A DNA stretch of 64,000 nucleotides from a candidate division FCPU426 bacterium (GTDB taxonomy: Bacteria > Oederibacteriota > Muellerivitia > Muellerivitales > Muellerivitaceae), in assembly GCA_963771075.1 (NCBI GenBank), contig CAVYSE010000020.1, positions 32,001-96,000 of the forward strand, given 5' to 3'. The position numbers and the translations under genes were made by a program. Positions within the stretch are counted from its first letter, which is position 1; the number at the start of each line of letters is the position of its first letter. Below the pieces are notes generated by a model, which searched no databases, was not told where the DNA came from, and saw nothing but the letters and a program-made list of their open reading frames with translations. Positions 39,976 through 50,033 of the stretch are shown one piece after another.

Positions 39976-40893
39976 TTGTTGAGCCAGCAGGAACCAAAAT
40001 CCTTTTCGCACCTGAAACAACTTGAAGCGGAGAGCCTGTTCATCATCCGGGAAGTCGTTTCGGAATTCAAAAAACCCGTCATGCTCTATTCGGTGGGGAA
40101 AGATTCTTCCGTCATGCTTCGCCTGGCCCAAAAGGCCTTCCACCCGGGCAAGATTCCCTTTCCCCTGATGCACGTGGACACAAGCTACAAGTTCCCCGAG
40201 ATGTACCAGTTCCGGGACAAATTGATCGCCGACCTGGGCGCCAAGCTTCTGGTGGAACGCAACGAGGATGCTATCTCGGCCGGTTCCAGTCCCTTCAAAT
40301 ACGGGGTGGATAAATGCTGCGCGCTGTTGAAGACCCAGGGACTGTTGGACGCCCTCACCAAGCACGGTTTTGACGCTGCCTTCGGCGGGGCGAGGCGGGA
40401 AGAGGAAAAATCCCGGGCGAAGGAAAGGGTTTATTCATTCCGGGATTCCTTCGGCCAGTGGGACCCCAAGAACCAGCGGCCCGAACTTTGGGACCTCTAT
40501 AACTCCAAGATCAACGAGGGGGAATCCATTAGGGTTTTCCCCCTTTCCAATTGGACTGAACTGGATATTTGGCTCTATATCGAGATGGAAAAGATTCCCG
40601 TGGTACCCATTTACTTTACCCACGAACGAAAGATCATCAAACGCAAGCAACTCCTGATTCCTTGGGCCCCCCATATCCCCCTTTTGCCGGGAGACGAAGT
40701 GAAACAGATGAGGGTTAGGTTCCGGTCCCTGGGATGTATGTCCTGCACGGGTGCCATCGAGTCCGAAGCCTCCAGCTTGCGGGATATCATCGAGGACCTG
40801 GTTTTGACCCGAAAGAGCGAGCGGGAAAATCGCATTATCGATCACGGCTCGGACAGTTCCATGGAGCAAAAGAAAAAAGAAGGATACTTCTAA
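39976..40893 (+). CDS. cysD: Sulfate adenylyltransferase subunit 2
   Basis: [47 protein letters not shown]. Confidence 0.97.
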   Translation: MLSQQEPKSFSHLKQLEAESLFIIREVVSEFKKPVMLYSVGKDSSVMLRLAQKAFHPGKIPFPLMHVDTSYKFPEMYQFRDKLIADLGAKLLVERNEDAISAGSSPFKYGVDKCCALLKTQGLLDALTKHGFDAAFGGARREEEKSRAKERVYSFRDSFGQWDPKNQRPELWDLYNSKINEGESIRVFPLSNWTELDIWLYIEMEKIPVVPIYFTHERKIIKRKQLLIPWAPHIPLLPGDEVKQMRVRFRSLGCMSCTGAIESEASSLRDIIEDLVLTRKSERENRIIDHGSDSSMEQKKKEGYF

Positions 40894-40972
40894 AAGCAGT
40901 CGGCAGCCGACATCTCTAAAGACGTGAATGTGAAAAATTGTTTGTTAACGGTTAACTAAATTGGGAGTCGTA

Positions 40973-42242
40973 ATGACTATCGACGAGAAATCGGAAATCA
41001 GCTACGCGAACATGGGCCTCCTGCGGTTTTCCACCGCGGGTTCGGTGGATGACGGCAAGTCCACCTTGATCGGGCGGCTGCTTTTTGACTCCAAAAGCGT
41101 CTTTGAGGACCAATTGGAGGCCATTCGCAAGACCACCTCCAAAAAGGGAGGGGAAGAGATCGACCTGGCTCTCATCACGGACGGCCTTGCCGCCGAACGG
41201 GAGCAGGGTATCACGATCGACGTGGCCTACCGCTATTTCGCGACTCCCAAGCGCAAGTTTATCATCGCCGACACTCCCGGCCACGAACAATACACCCGCA
41301 ACATGGTCACGGGAGCCTCCACCTCCAACCTGGCGATCATCCTGCTGGATGCCCGTAACGGGGTTATGACCCAATCGAGGCGCCACGGTTTTATCGCAAA
41401 CCTTTTGGGCATCCCCCATCTGGTGGTCGCCATCAATAAGATGGACCTAGTGGATTATTCCCAGGAGGTATTCAACCGCATCCGCGCCGAGTTCGGGGCC
41501 TTCACGAAGGAAATTGGCGCGCCCGAGCCTATGATTATTCCCATTTCCGCGCTCAAGGGCGACAATGTGGTGGAAAAGAGCGGCGCCATGCCTTGGTACC
41601 AAGGGCCCGCGCTTTTGCATTATTTGGAAACCGTGGAGATTAACCGCGACCTGAACCAGGAGGATTTCCGCTTCGCGGTGCAGACCGTGATCCGGCCCAA
41701 CCTGGATTACCGGGGTTTCGCTGGCCGGATCGGCTCGGGCCGAATTCGCCGGGGGGATCGGGTGGTCGTTCTGCCCTCGGGGATCGAGACATCCGTCAGG
41801 GCTATCGACACTTTTGAGGGGGAAATCGAGGAAGCTTTCGCGCCCCTTTGCGTGACCCTGCGCTTGAAAGACGAGGTGGATTTGTCCCGAGGGGACATGC
41901 TCGTCCGCCCCGACAACCGGCCCCAAAGCGGGCCCCTCTTTACCGCCGATCTCTGCTGGATGGTGCAAGAGCCCTTGAACCTCAGGAAAAAGTATTCCCT
42001 CAAGCACACCACCCAGACTGTGAAAGCCATGGTGGTGGACATCGAGTATCGGACCAACATCAACACATTGGATAAGGAGAAAAGTGGATGAACTTGGGAT
42101 GAACGATATCGCCCGGGTCAAGGTCCAATCGCTCAAACCCCTCTATTTTGACCCTTACAAGAAGAACCGCAACACGGGCAATTTCATTCTGATCGATGAG
42201 CTGTCTAATAACACGGTGGCGGCAGGCATGATCGTCGGGTGA
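40973..42242 (+). CDS. cysN: Sulfate adenylyltransferase subunit 1; +1 frameshift at the A4 run 42080-42083
   Basis: [33 protein letters not shown]. The conserved tail MNDIARV...[16 protein letters not shown]...NNTVAAGMI continues in another frame to TGA 42242. No APS kinase domain. Confidence 0.93.
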
Positions 42243-42453
42243 AAACGAGCATCCCCTTTTAACAACCTGAAGATCACAAAGTTAAATTTGATGTTTTATT
42301 GAGGATTTTAATGACGTGCTTTATGTTCTTTGTATTCTTTGTGGTGGAAGTTTGGGGTTTTGTTAGAGACTCTAAATCCTATTGCGCATTTTTCATGGTT
42401 TATGGTTAAAATCTACCCTTCACAGCTGATCTTCCGTAAGTAAATGAGGAAAC

Positions 42454-44907
42454 ATGCCTACTGCGCTCATCATTCACGGACATTTTTACCAACCCCCCCG
42501 GGAAAACCCCTGGACGGGGGTCATCGATGACCAACCCAGCGCCCAGCCTTTTTCCAATTGGAATGACCGGGTCTATTATGAGTGCTACCGCCCCAACGCT
42601 TTCGCCCGGGTTTTCGACCTGCGAAGCAACCGCATTGAGAACATCACCAATAATTACGAGTTCCTCAGCTTCAACATGGGCCCCACACTTCTCTCCTGGA
42701 TGGAGGTTTACCATCCCGGTACCTACCGAAAGATCCTATTGGCCGACCAAGAAAGCCAAAAGCACAACAACGGCCATGGCAACGCCATCGCCCAAGGTTA
42801 TAACCATGCCATCCTTCCACTCTGCAATGACGCCGACCGGGTTACCCAGGTCAAGTGGGGGATCGCGGACTTCAAATATCGGTTCGTCCGAGACCCGGAG
42901 TCACTCTGGTGCCCCGAGACCGCCTGCGACGACGCGACCCTGTCGGTATTGATCGACGAAGGCCTGAAGTACGTCATCCTCTCGCCCATTCAGGCCCAGC
43001 GCGTTCGTCCACTTTCCGGGGGCGAGTGGCAGGACGTTTCCAACAGCTCGATTGATCCCAGCCTGGCCTATCGTTATTTTCACCGGGACGGATCGCGTCG
43101 TTCGATCGACATTTTCTTTTATGACATGAACATCGCCAAGTCCATCGCCTTCGAAGGCGCGCTCATCAGCTCCCAAGCCCTGCTTGAAAGAATCGGTCGC
43201 GCAGGCCGAGGCGAGGGACGGGTCATCCAGGCTGCCACCGACGGGGAATCCTATGGCCACCACACCAAATTCGGGGACCGCAGCCTGGCCTATGCCCTTG
43301 AAGTCGAGGCCGCGAACCACGATTACTGGGTCACCAATTATGGGGCTTTCCTGGACAAGAATCCGCCCTCCCAGGAAGTGGAGATCAAGGCCGGGGAGGA
43401 AGGCAAGGGCACTTCCTGGAGTTGCGCCCATGGGGTGGGGCGATGGTACCGGGATTGCGGTTGCGAGACGGGCGGGAGGGAAGGCTGGAACCAGAAATGG
43501 CGGGGCCCCCTGCGCCGGGCATTCGATTACGTGCGGGACACTGTAAATCTCTATTTCGAGGTGGAAAAAGGGAAACTATTCAAGGATCCCTGGGCCGCCC
43601 GCAACGATTACATCCACTTGATCCTTGATCCGAAGGCGTCTCGCGGGGAATTCTTGGAACGCCACGCCGGACGATCCTTGAGGCCAGAGGAAAAGGTGAG
43701 GGCCCTGACCCATTTGGAGATCCAGCGGAACGCCATGCTCATGTATACGAGCTGCGGCTGGTTCTTCAGCGACCTCTCGGGCATTGAGACCACCCAGGTG
43801 ATGAAATACGCCGCCCGGATATTCGACTTCATGTCGGACCTGGGATTGCCTTCCCCCGAAAAGACCTTTTTGGAGATCCTCGCCGAAGCCAAGAGCAATA
43901 TTACCGAGTACGGGTCGGGCGCCGATGTTTACCACCGGTATGCCCAGTCCTGCCGGGTGACTCCCGAGGGCGTGGCCGCCCATCTGGCTATTTCCTATCT
44001 GGTAAACCATCCGCCCGCGAAGGACCGGGTGGGGGGCTATATATATGAGATCAAGGACCAGCGAAAGGAAACCCACGGCCGTTACACCCTGATGACCGGA
44101 AGCGTCATCCTGGAAGAAACTTTTTGCCGGCGCTCAATTCAACTAGCCGTGGCTGGACTGCACCTGGGCGGCATCGACTTTTACGGGGCGGTGAAACCTT
44201 ATCCGGGCGATTCCTCTTTTCTTATGTCCGCCGAGAAGCTCTGGGAAGAGTTTTACGTGGCCTCCCTTCCTAAACTTTTGAGGCTGATCCAGGAACAATT
44301 CGGGCCTCAGGAGTTCGGTGTGGAACAGCTTTTGCCTGAGTCGCGCCAGCGCATCTTCCAGGGCATTTATGGGACCCTGGTGGAGCGTTTTTCGGAGCAA
44401 TATGTGCGCTTGTACGAAGACAATCGGCGCAACCTGGAGATGCTCCAGGCGGTGGGTTTTGAGCTTCCCAAGGAGATTCGGGCTGCCGCGGAGTTCACCT
44501 TCGGGAAAATTTTTGAGGAGGAAATTCAGAAGAAAGAATGGTTCAAGGACGAGGATGCCTACCGGAAAATGCTGGATCTGGCCGATCAGGTGACCCAGCA
44601 CGGCTACCAGGTCGATCGTTTCGTGGCGGAGCACACTTTCCGGAATCTCATCACCGAGATCGTGGAAAAGGCCGTCGCCGAGCCGACCGAGGAAAACCTG
44701 AACGCGGCTTTGGCGGTGGTGCACCTGACCAAAAAACTGGGCCTGCACCATAACCTCTACCTGGGACAGGAAGCGGTTTTTGAGGCGGCGGAAAAACCGA
44801 CTGACTTTGCCAAATTCATCCCCCTATCCGACTTGCTGGACTTGAGGACGGACCTGTTGCTTGCCAAGAACAAGGAACTTTTGAAAATTACTACCCCCAA
44901 GGTTTAA
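42454..44907 (+). CDS. GH57-like / DUF3536 domain protein (glycogen metabolism)
   Basis: IIHGHFYQPPRENPW, YNHAILPL, W.PETA, ATDGESYGHH, SWSCAHGVGRW, MYTSCGWFF. Confidence 0.88.
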   Translation: MPTALIIHGHFYQPPRENPWTGVIDDQPSAQPFSNWNDRVYYECYRPNAFARVFDLRSNRIENITNNYEFLSFNMGPTLLSWMEVYHPGTYRKILLADQESQKHNNGHGNAIAQGYNHAILPLCNDADRVTQVKWGIADFKYRFVRDPESLWCPETACDDATLSVLIDEGLKYVILSPIQAQRVRPLSGGEWQDVSNSSIDPSLAYRYFHRDGSRRSIDIFFYDMNIAKSIAFEGALISSQALLERIGRAGRGEGRVIQAATDGESYGHHTKFGDRSLAYALEVEAANHDYWVTNYGAFLDKNPPSQEVEIKAGEEGKGTSWSCAHGVGRWYRDCGCETGGREGWNQKWRGPLRRAFDYVRDTVNLYFEVEKGKLFKDPWAARNDYIHLILDPKASRGEFLERHAGRSLRPEEKVRALTHLEIQRNAMLMYTSCGWFFSDLSGIETTQVMKYAARIFDFMSDLGLPSPEKTFLEILAEAKSNITEYGSGADVYHRYAQSCRVTPEGVAAHLAISYLVNHPPAKDRVGGYIYEIKDQRKETHGRYTLMTGSVILEETFCRRSIQLAVAGLHLGGIDFYGAVKPYPGDSSFLMSAEKLWEEFYVASLPKLLRLIQEQFGPQEFGVEQLLPESRQRIFQGIYGTLVERFSEQYVRLYEDNRRNLEMLQAVGFELPKEIRAAAEFTFGKIFEEEIQKKEWFKDEDAYRKMLDLADQVTQHGYQVDRFVAEHTFRNLITEIVEKAVAEPTEENLNAALAVVHLTKKLGLHHNLYLGQEAVFEAAEKPTDFAKFIPLSDLLDLRTDLLLAKNKELLKITTPKV

Positions 44908-45194
44908 TGGCGTAAACCCAAACTGGTTTTTAGTCAAGGATACATAGGATTCATTCGGATAAAGAATAGAGAATACAACTAGGAGCCTGTGACAAAATTA
45001 TTTCCATCACGCCACGTTCCGACCTCGAAGATTGTTAATTAAGAGACGGCTTGTGGCAGATTCTTTTCGAAAAGGTTGTTATGTCGTGTTACAGGGACTT
45101 ATTTTACGTGCCTGTAAAGTCCATCGGTTTTTCCCTAACCTCCCTTATGTGTTAATCTGTACACGCTGAAATTATCCATTCTGAGGTGCCTTAA

Positions 45195-47477
45195 GTGCCT
45201 GCCCCGAGAAAAAAAGCCAAAACTGCTCCCAAAGCTCTGAAACCTAAGACGACCGCCCGACCGCCCCAAAGAGGTGTGGGAAAGGCCTCTTCAGACAAGG
45301 AAGCGGTCCTTCCGCCTTCCGCCAAGGCCATCCTTCAGTTCAACCAGCGGGACCCCCATTCCTACCTCGGTATGCATCCGGGGACCGAGGGCGTAACCTT
45401 GCGTGTTTACCGGCCCGAGGCCCTGACGGTCACCGTGTCCGGGCCTGGTTTTAAACCTATTTCCCTAAAGTCCCTGGGTTCCGGTTTTTTCGAGGGGCTG
45501 GTGCCCGGCAAAAAAGAATTAGCCCCTTACTCCCTGACGGTGGTTTACCTCAACGACCGAACTTTTACCTACATGGACCCCTATGCCTTTTGGCCCACCT
45601 TGGGCGAGATGGACCTCTACCTTTTGGGCGAGGGAAACCATGAAAGACTTTTCGAGAGGATGGGCGCCCATGTGATGGAGTGGCAGGGCGTGACCGGCGT
45701 GGCCTTTGCCGTATGGGCTCCCGGCGCCAAGAGTGTCAGCTTGGTGGGGGATTTCAACGGATGGGACGGGCGATTGCATCAGATGCGCTGTTTGGGTTCC
45801 TCAGGTATCTGGGAAATCTTCATGCCCGAGCTGAGGGCGGGGGACAAATACAAGTATGAGATCAGGCCTTCCCAAGGCGGCTACCTATTGAAGGCTGACC
45901 CCTTTGCCTTCGAGGCTGAAAAGCCTCCCAAGACCGCCTCCGTCATCTACCAGAGCCATTACCGGTTCCATGACATGGACTGGATGAGCCACCGGTCGGA
46001 GAACGCCAGCCTCAAACAGGCCGTTTCCGTCTATGAACTGCATTTGGAGTCCTGGAAAAAAGTCCCGGAGGAGAACAATCGCCCCCTCAACTACCGAGAA
46101 ATCGCGGTCGATCTCGCCGATTACCTGAATGAGCTGGGATTCACCCACGTGGAACTGATGCCGGTCATGGAGCATCCTTTTGGCGGTTCCTGGGGTTACC
46201 AGGTCTCGTCCTATTACGCTCCGACCTCTCGTTTCGGTTCGCCGGACGATTTCAAATTCTTCGTGGATCATCTGCACCAAAAGGGCATCGGGGTGATCCT
46301 GGATTGGGTGCCCGCTCATTTCCCGAAGGATGATTTCGCACTGGGCCGTTTCGACGGTTCGGGCCTCTATGAGCATATCGACCCCCGACAGGGGGAGCAT
46401 CCCGATTGGGGGACCTACGTCTTCAACTTCGGGCGGAACGAGGTGCGCAATTTTCTGCTTTCCAACGCCCTCTATTGGCTTTCGGAGTTCCACGTAGATG
46501 GTTTGAGGCTTGACGCGGTGGCTTCCATGCTTTACCTGGACTACAGCCGGGAAGATGGGGAATGGATCCCCAACCAGTTCGGGGGGAATGAAAACCTGGA
46601 GGCGATCGCCTTCCTAAAGAGACTCAACGAGTTGGCCTACGCCAAATTTCCAGGTGTCCTGATGATCGCGGAGGAGTCGACCGCCTGGCCCGGGGTGAGC
46701 AAACCCACCTACACGGGGGGGCTGGGCTTCGGCTACAAGTGGAACATGGGGTGGATGCACGACACGCTCTATTATTTTAGCCGGGACCCCATCCACCGCC
46801 GATATCACCACAATAACCTGACCTTCGGCTTTCTCTACGCCTGGAGCGAGAATTTCATGCTGCCCCTTTCTCACGATGAGGTGGTGCACGGCAAAGGCTC
46901 CATGATCGACAAGATGCCGGGGGACCGCTGGCAGAAGTTCGCCAACCTGCGCTCCCTATACGGCTATATGTGGGCGCATCCAGGCAAAAAGCTATTGTTC
47001 ATGGGCAGCGAATTCGCCCAGTTCAACGAGTGGAATCATAACGCCAGCCTCGATTGGCATCTGACCCAATATGCCGACCATTGGCGTATGCAGGACCTCA
47101 TCCGGGATCTGAATAAAATTTACAAGGAAAATCCGGCCCTCCATGAGGCGGACACGGATCCTGCGGGCTTCCAATGGGTGGACGTGAACAACGCGGATGA
47201 GAACATCGTGGCTTTTTTACGCAAATCCCCCGCGACGGGAAAACAAATCCTTTGTGTGGGCAACTTCTCGCCTGTGATTCGCTACAACTACCGGGTAGGC
47301 CTACCCAAGTGGGGATACTATAAGGAAATCCTCAACACCGATTCTCACATCTATGGGGGAAGCAACTTTGGAAACGCTGGCGGTGTTCATTCCGAGGAAG
47401 TGCCCTACCAGGGCCAGCCCCACTCGGCTGTTGTAAACCTTCCGCCCCTTGCGACCCTTTGGTTCGAGGCGCCTTGA
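45195..47477 (+). CDS. glgB: 1,4-alpha-glucan branching enzyme
   Basis: SWGYQ, LDWVPAHFP, DGLRLDAVASMLY, AEESTAWP, KWNMGWMHD, LSHDEVVHGK. Confidence 0.97.
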   Translation: MPAPRKKAKTAPKALKPKTTARPPQRGVGKASSDKEAVLPPSAKAILQFNQRDPHSYLGMHPGTEGVTLRVYRPEALTVTVSGPGFKPISLKSLGSGFFEGLVPGKKELAPYSLTVVYLNDRTFTYMDPYAFWPTLGEMDLYLLGEGNHERLFERMGAHVMEWQGVTGVAFAVWAPGAKSVSLVGDFNGWDGRLHQMRCLGSSGIWEIFMPELRAGDKYKYEIRPSQGGYLLKADPFAFEAEKPPKTASVIYQSHYRFHDMDWMSHRSENASLKQAVSVYELHLESWKKVPEENNRPLNYREIAVDLADYLNELGFTHVELMPVMEHPFGGSWGYQVSSYYAPTSRFGSPDDFKFFVDHLHQKGIGVILDWVPAHFPKDDFALGRFDGSGLYEHIDPRQGEHPDWGTYVFNFGRNEVRNFLLSNALYWLSEFHVDGLRLDAVASMLYLDYSREDGEWIPNQFGGNENLEAIAFLKRLNELAYAKFPGVLMIAEESTAWPGVSKPTYTGGLGFGYKWNMGWMHDTLYYFSRDPIHRRYHHNNLTFGFLYAWSENFMLPLSHDEVVHGKGSMIDKMPGDRWQKFANLRSLYGYMWAHPGKKLLFMGSEFAQFNEWNHNASLDWHLTQYADHWRMQDLIRDLNKIYKENPALHEADTDPAGFQWVDVNNADENIVAFLRKSPATGKQILCVGNFSPVIRYNYRVGLPKWGYYKEILNTDSHIYGGSNFGNAGGVHSEEVPYQGQPHSAVVNLPPLATLWFEAP

Positions 47478-47576
47478 TTCCATTGGGGAATTGAAGATTG
47501 CGACCCAATAATCCACTCCCTATAATGACCGGGTTTTGGCGGGGGTAACAAAGGATTTGGAAATTGAGAGGCCCGC

Positions 47577-48479
47577 TTGCCCCAAATGAATAAGCCTTCG
47601 AGATTATTAAAGGAAGCCATGAAGACCAAAATCGCCCATAAAAAAACACCCTCCAAAAAGAAACCCAAGTCCAAAAAAGCCACAACGGCCTGGGATCGGG
47701 TCCAACTGGCCCGCCACGCCCAAAGACCTTTCATGATGGACTATATTCCACGTATTTTTCACGAGTTCGTGGAAGTGCATGGAGACCGTGCTTTTGGCGA
47801 CGACCCGGCCATGGTCACGGGCTTCGCCCTGCTGGAGGGCCTGCCGGTAGCGGTAGTGGGCCAGCAAAAGGGGCACGATACCAAGGAAAATATCCGTAGA
47901 AATTTCGGCATGTCCCAGCCGGAGGGCTACCGTAAGGCCTTGCGGGTGATGAAATTGGCCGAGAAATTCCATAAACCCATCATCACCTTTATCGACACGG
48001 CTGGGGCCTATCCTGGATTGGGCGGGGAAGAAAGGGGACAGGCGGAAGCCATCGCCCGAAACCTCCTGGAAATGGCGAAACTGAAAACCCCTATTATCTC
48101 GATCATTCTGGGCGAGGGCGGAAGCGGTGGAGCCATTGGAATCGGCGTGGCCAACAAAGTACTCATGATGGAAAACGCCTGGTATTCGGTGATCTCGCCC
48201 GAGGGTTGCGCGGCCATCCTTTGGAATGACCGGGAAAAGATCCAGCAAGCTTCAGAGGTTTTAAGGCTTTCGGCGCCGGACCTCATGAGATTTAAGGTCA
48301 TCGATGAGATCATCCCAGAACCCGTGGGCGGCGCCCAGTTAGATCACGAGAAAACATCTGCCACACTGAAAACCGCCATCTTGAAACATTTAAGACCACT
48401 CTTGAAATTGAGCCCCAAAGCTCTCGAGGAACAACGCTACAAAAAGTTTCGTGCAATGGGTCAAATTAAAGAAAAGTAA
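47577..48479 (+). CDS. accA: Acetyl-CoA carboxylase carboxyltransferase alpha subunit
   Basis: HGDRAFGDD, PEGYRKALR, GEGGSGGA, YSVISPEGCA. Confidence 0.97.
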   Translation: MPQMNKPSRLLKEAMKTKIAHKKTPSKKKPKSKKATTAWDRVQLARHAQRPFMMDYIPRIFHEFVEVHGDRAFGDDPAMVTGFALLEGLPVAVVGQQKGHDTKENIRRNFGMSQPEGYRKALRVMKLAEKFHKPIITFIDTAGAYPGLGGEERGQAEAIARNLLEMAKLKTPIISIILGEGGSGGAIGIGVANKVLMMENAWYSVISPEGCAAILWNDREKIQQASEVLRLSAPDLMRFKVIDEIIPEPVGGAQLDHEKTSATLKTAILKHLRPLLKLSPKALEEQRYKKFRAMGQIKEK

Positions 48480-48521
48480 CCGTCCCAACATGTTTGTTGC
48501 CCAAAGAAACCAAAATCAAAA

Positions 48522-49325
48522 ATGAACACACTCCGGCAACCAGAAAAACCCATCTTGCTATACAGCCCAATGAAGATTTCTTTTTTTATTCATCTTATCC
48601 TTATTTCAACCGCTTTTTGCCTCATGGCTCCGAATGGGGTTTTAGCAGGTCCACGGATTGTGCTTTATGCGGCGCATGGAGGAGATGACACGGGCGTCAG
48701 CGGCAAGGGACAACTTGAGAAAACATGGAACCTGAAAGTGGCCCAGTCCCTGCAAAAGGCTTTGTCGGCGGACGGGTTTGACGTGGTGATGGTGCGAACC
48801 AAGGATGAATCCATTCCAGACGATCAATGGGTGGCCCAGGCCAATGGATCGGGTGCGGGAGCCGTTTTGGTGATCCACGCCGAACGGGAATGGACAGGCC
48901 AAATGAGCGGTCCCCTTGCCGTAGTGGAACCCCCCACGAGCATGAACACCCCGGAAACCCAAGGAATTCAGCGATGGGGATCCATCCCCGTTTCCCGCTT
49001 CCGACAGAGTTTGCGGCTCGCCAAGGCCCTGACCCAGGCTTGGGGGAAAAACGCCCAGCTTTCCAACCTGTCCGACAGCCGGGCCCTGCCGGGCGAAAGC
49101 ATTTCACCGGACGGGAGGGTCCTAGCCTGCGCCCACCAATCCCTTCGCTACTTGATCCTTCCGGCCGTGGTAATTGAACCCCTCTTTTTGACTTCTTCTC
49201 AGGATCTCAAACGCATGTCGAACGATGAGGGGCTGCAAGATTTCGTATCGAAAACGGCGCTGGGACTTCATTCTTTTTTTTCAGATGTACCCTTGAAAGG
49301 TTTTACGAATGGTTTTAGAGATTAA
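48522..49325 (+). CDS. N-acetylmuramoyl-L-alanine amidase (Amidase_3, divergent)
   Basis: HGGDD.G..E..NL, VIHA, PAVVIE Zn-ligand pattern. Confidence 0.75.
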   Translation: MNTLRQPEKPILLYSPMKISFFIHLILISTAFCLMAPNGVLAGPRIVLYAAHGGDDTGVSGKGQLEKTWNLKVAQSLQKALSADGFDVVMVRTKDESIPDDQWVAQANGSGAGAVLVIHAEREWTGQMSGPLAVVEPPTSMNTPETQGIQRWGSIPVSRFRQSLRLAKALTQAWGKNAQLSNLSDSRALPGESISPDGRVLACAHQSLRYLILPAVVIEPLFLTSSQDLKRMSNDEGLQDFVSKTALGLHSFFSDVPLKGFTNGFRD

Positions 49326-49953
49326 ACCCAAATACGGACCGTCCATCCGACGCGGTTTGATCGCTTGGCTTTTTCTAGGCCTTGGCCTTACCACACTGGT
49401 GGCGTTTAGTTGGTGGAAATGGAAGCACCACGTCGCATCGGCTCCGATCCAACTTGCGGGGCAGCCATTGGAGCAAACCCCGCTCTTTAACCCCCATGAC
49501 AAGCCCATGACGATCGTGCTGAAGGGTTGGGATATCGAATCGGGTCGTGTGGTGGGTTTCAAAACGGTGATTCATCAAAGTAAGAACCGATACAACCAGA
49601 TCAAACAGGCGGTTTTGGCCTTTTTGCATGGTCCCCGGCAAGGAAAGATCCAGGTGCCCGTTCCAGAGGGGATGGAGCTCAACCAGCTTTACCTGACACC
49701 GGAGGGTCTGGCGGCCGTGGACCTCGAAATGGATGGGGTTCAGGATGACGCCTTCGGATTCTTTGAGGAGGTCCTCTTCGTGAGGACTTTGATCGGATCC
49801 CTGTCTAGTAATTTTTTCGAGGTGAAACAGGTGAAAATCCTGGTGGACGGGAAAGACGCCCCTTTAATGGCGGGGCATTACGCCCTGGGCACATCCGAGG
49901 TCAATGTACCACTGGCCGCATCCAAACCAAAAGTTCCCACCAACATTCCCTAA
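49309..49953 (+). CDS. GerMN domain membrane-anchored protein
   Basis: One TM, GP...P, VDL, VKQVKILVDG...GH; follows an amidase, a common pairing. Confidence 0.75.
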   Translation: MVLEIKPKYGPSIRRGLIAWLFLGLGLTTLVAFSWWKWKHHVASAPIQLAGQPLEQTPLFNPHDKPMTIVLKGWDIESGRVVGFKTVIHQSKNRYNQIKQAVLAFLHGPRQGKIQVPVPEGMELNQLYLTPEGLAAVDLEMDGVQDDAFGFFEEVLFVRTLIGSLSSNFFEVKQVKILVDGKDAPLMAGHYALGTSEVNVPLAASKPKVPTNIP

Positions 49954-50033
49954 AAGGGAAGGCTTGTTTAACTTGCAAAGGGCCAAAAACCCCGTTATTT
50001 TCATTGGCTCAACCCCGTTTCCCAGGAATAAAA

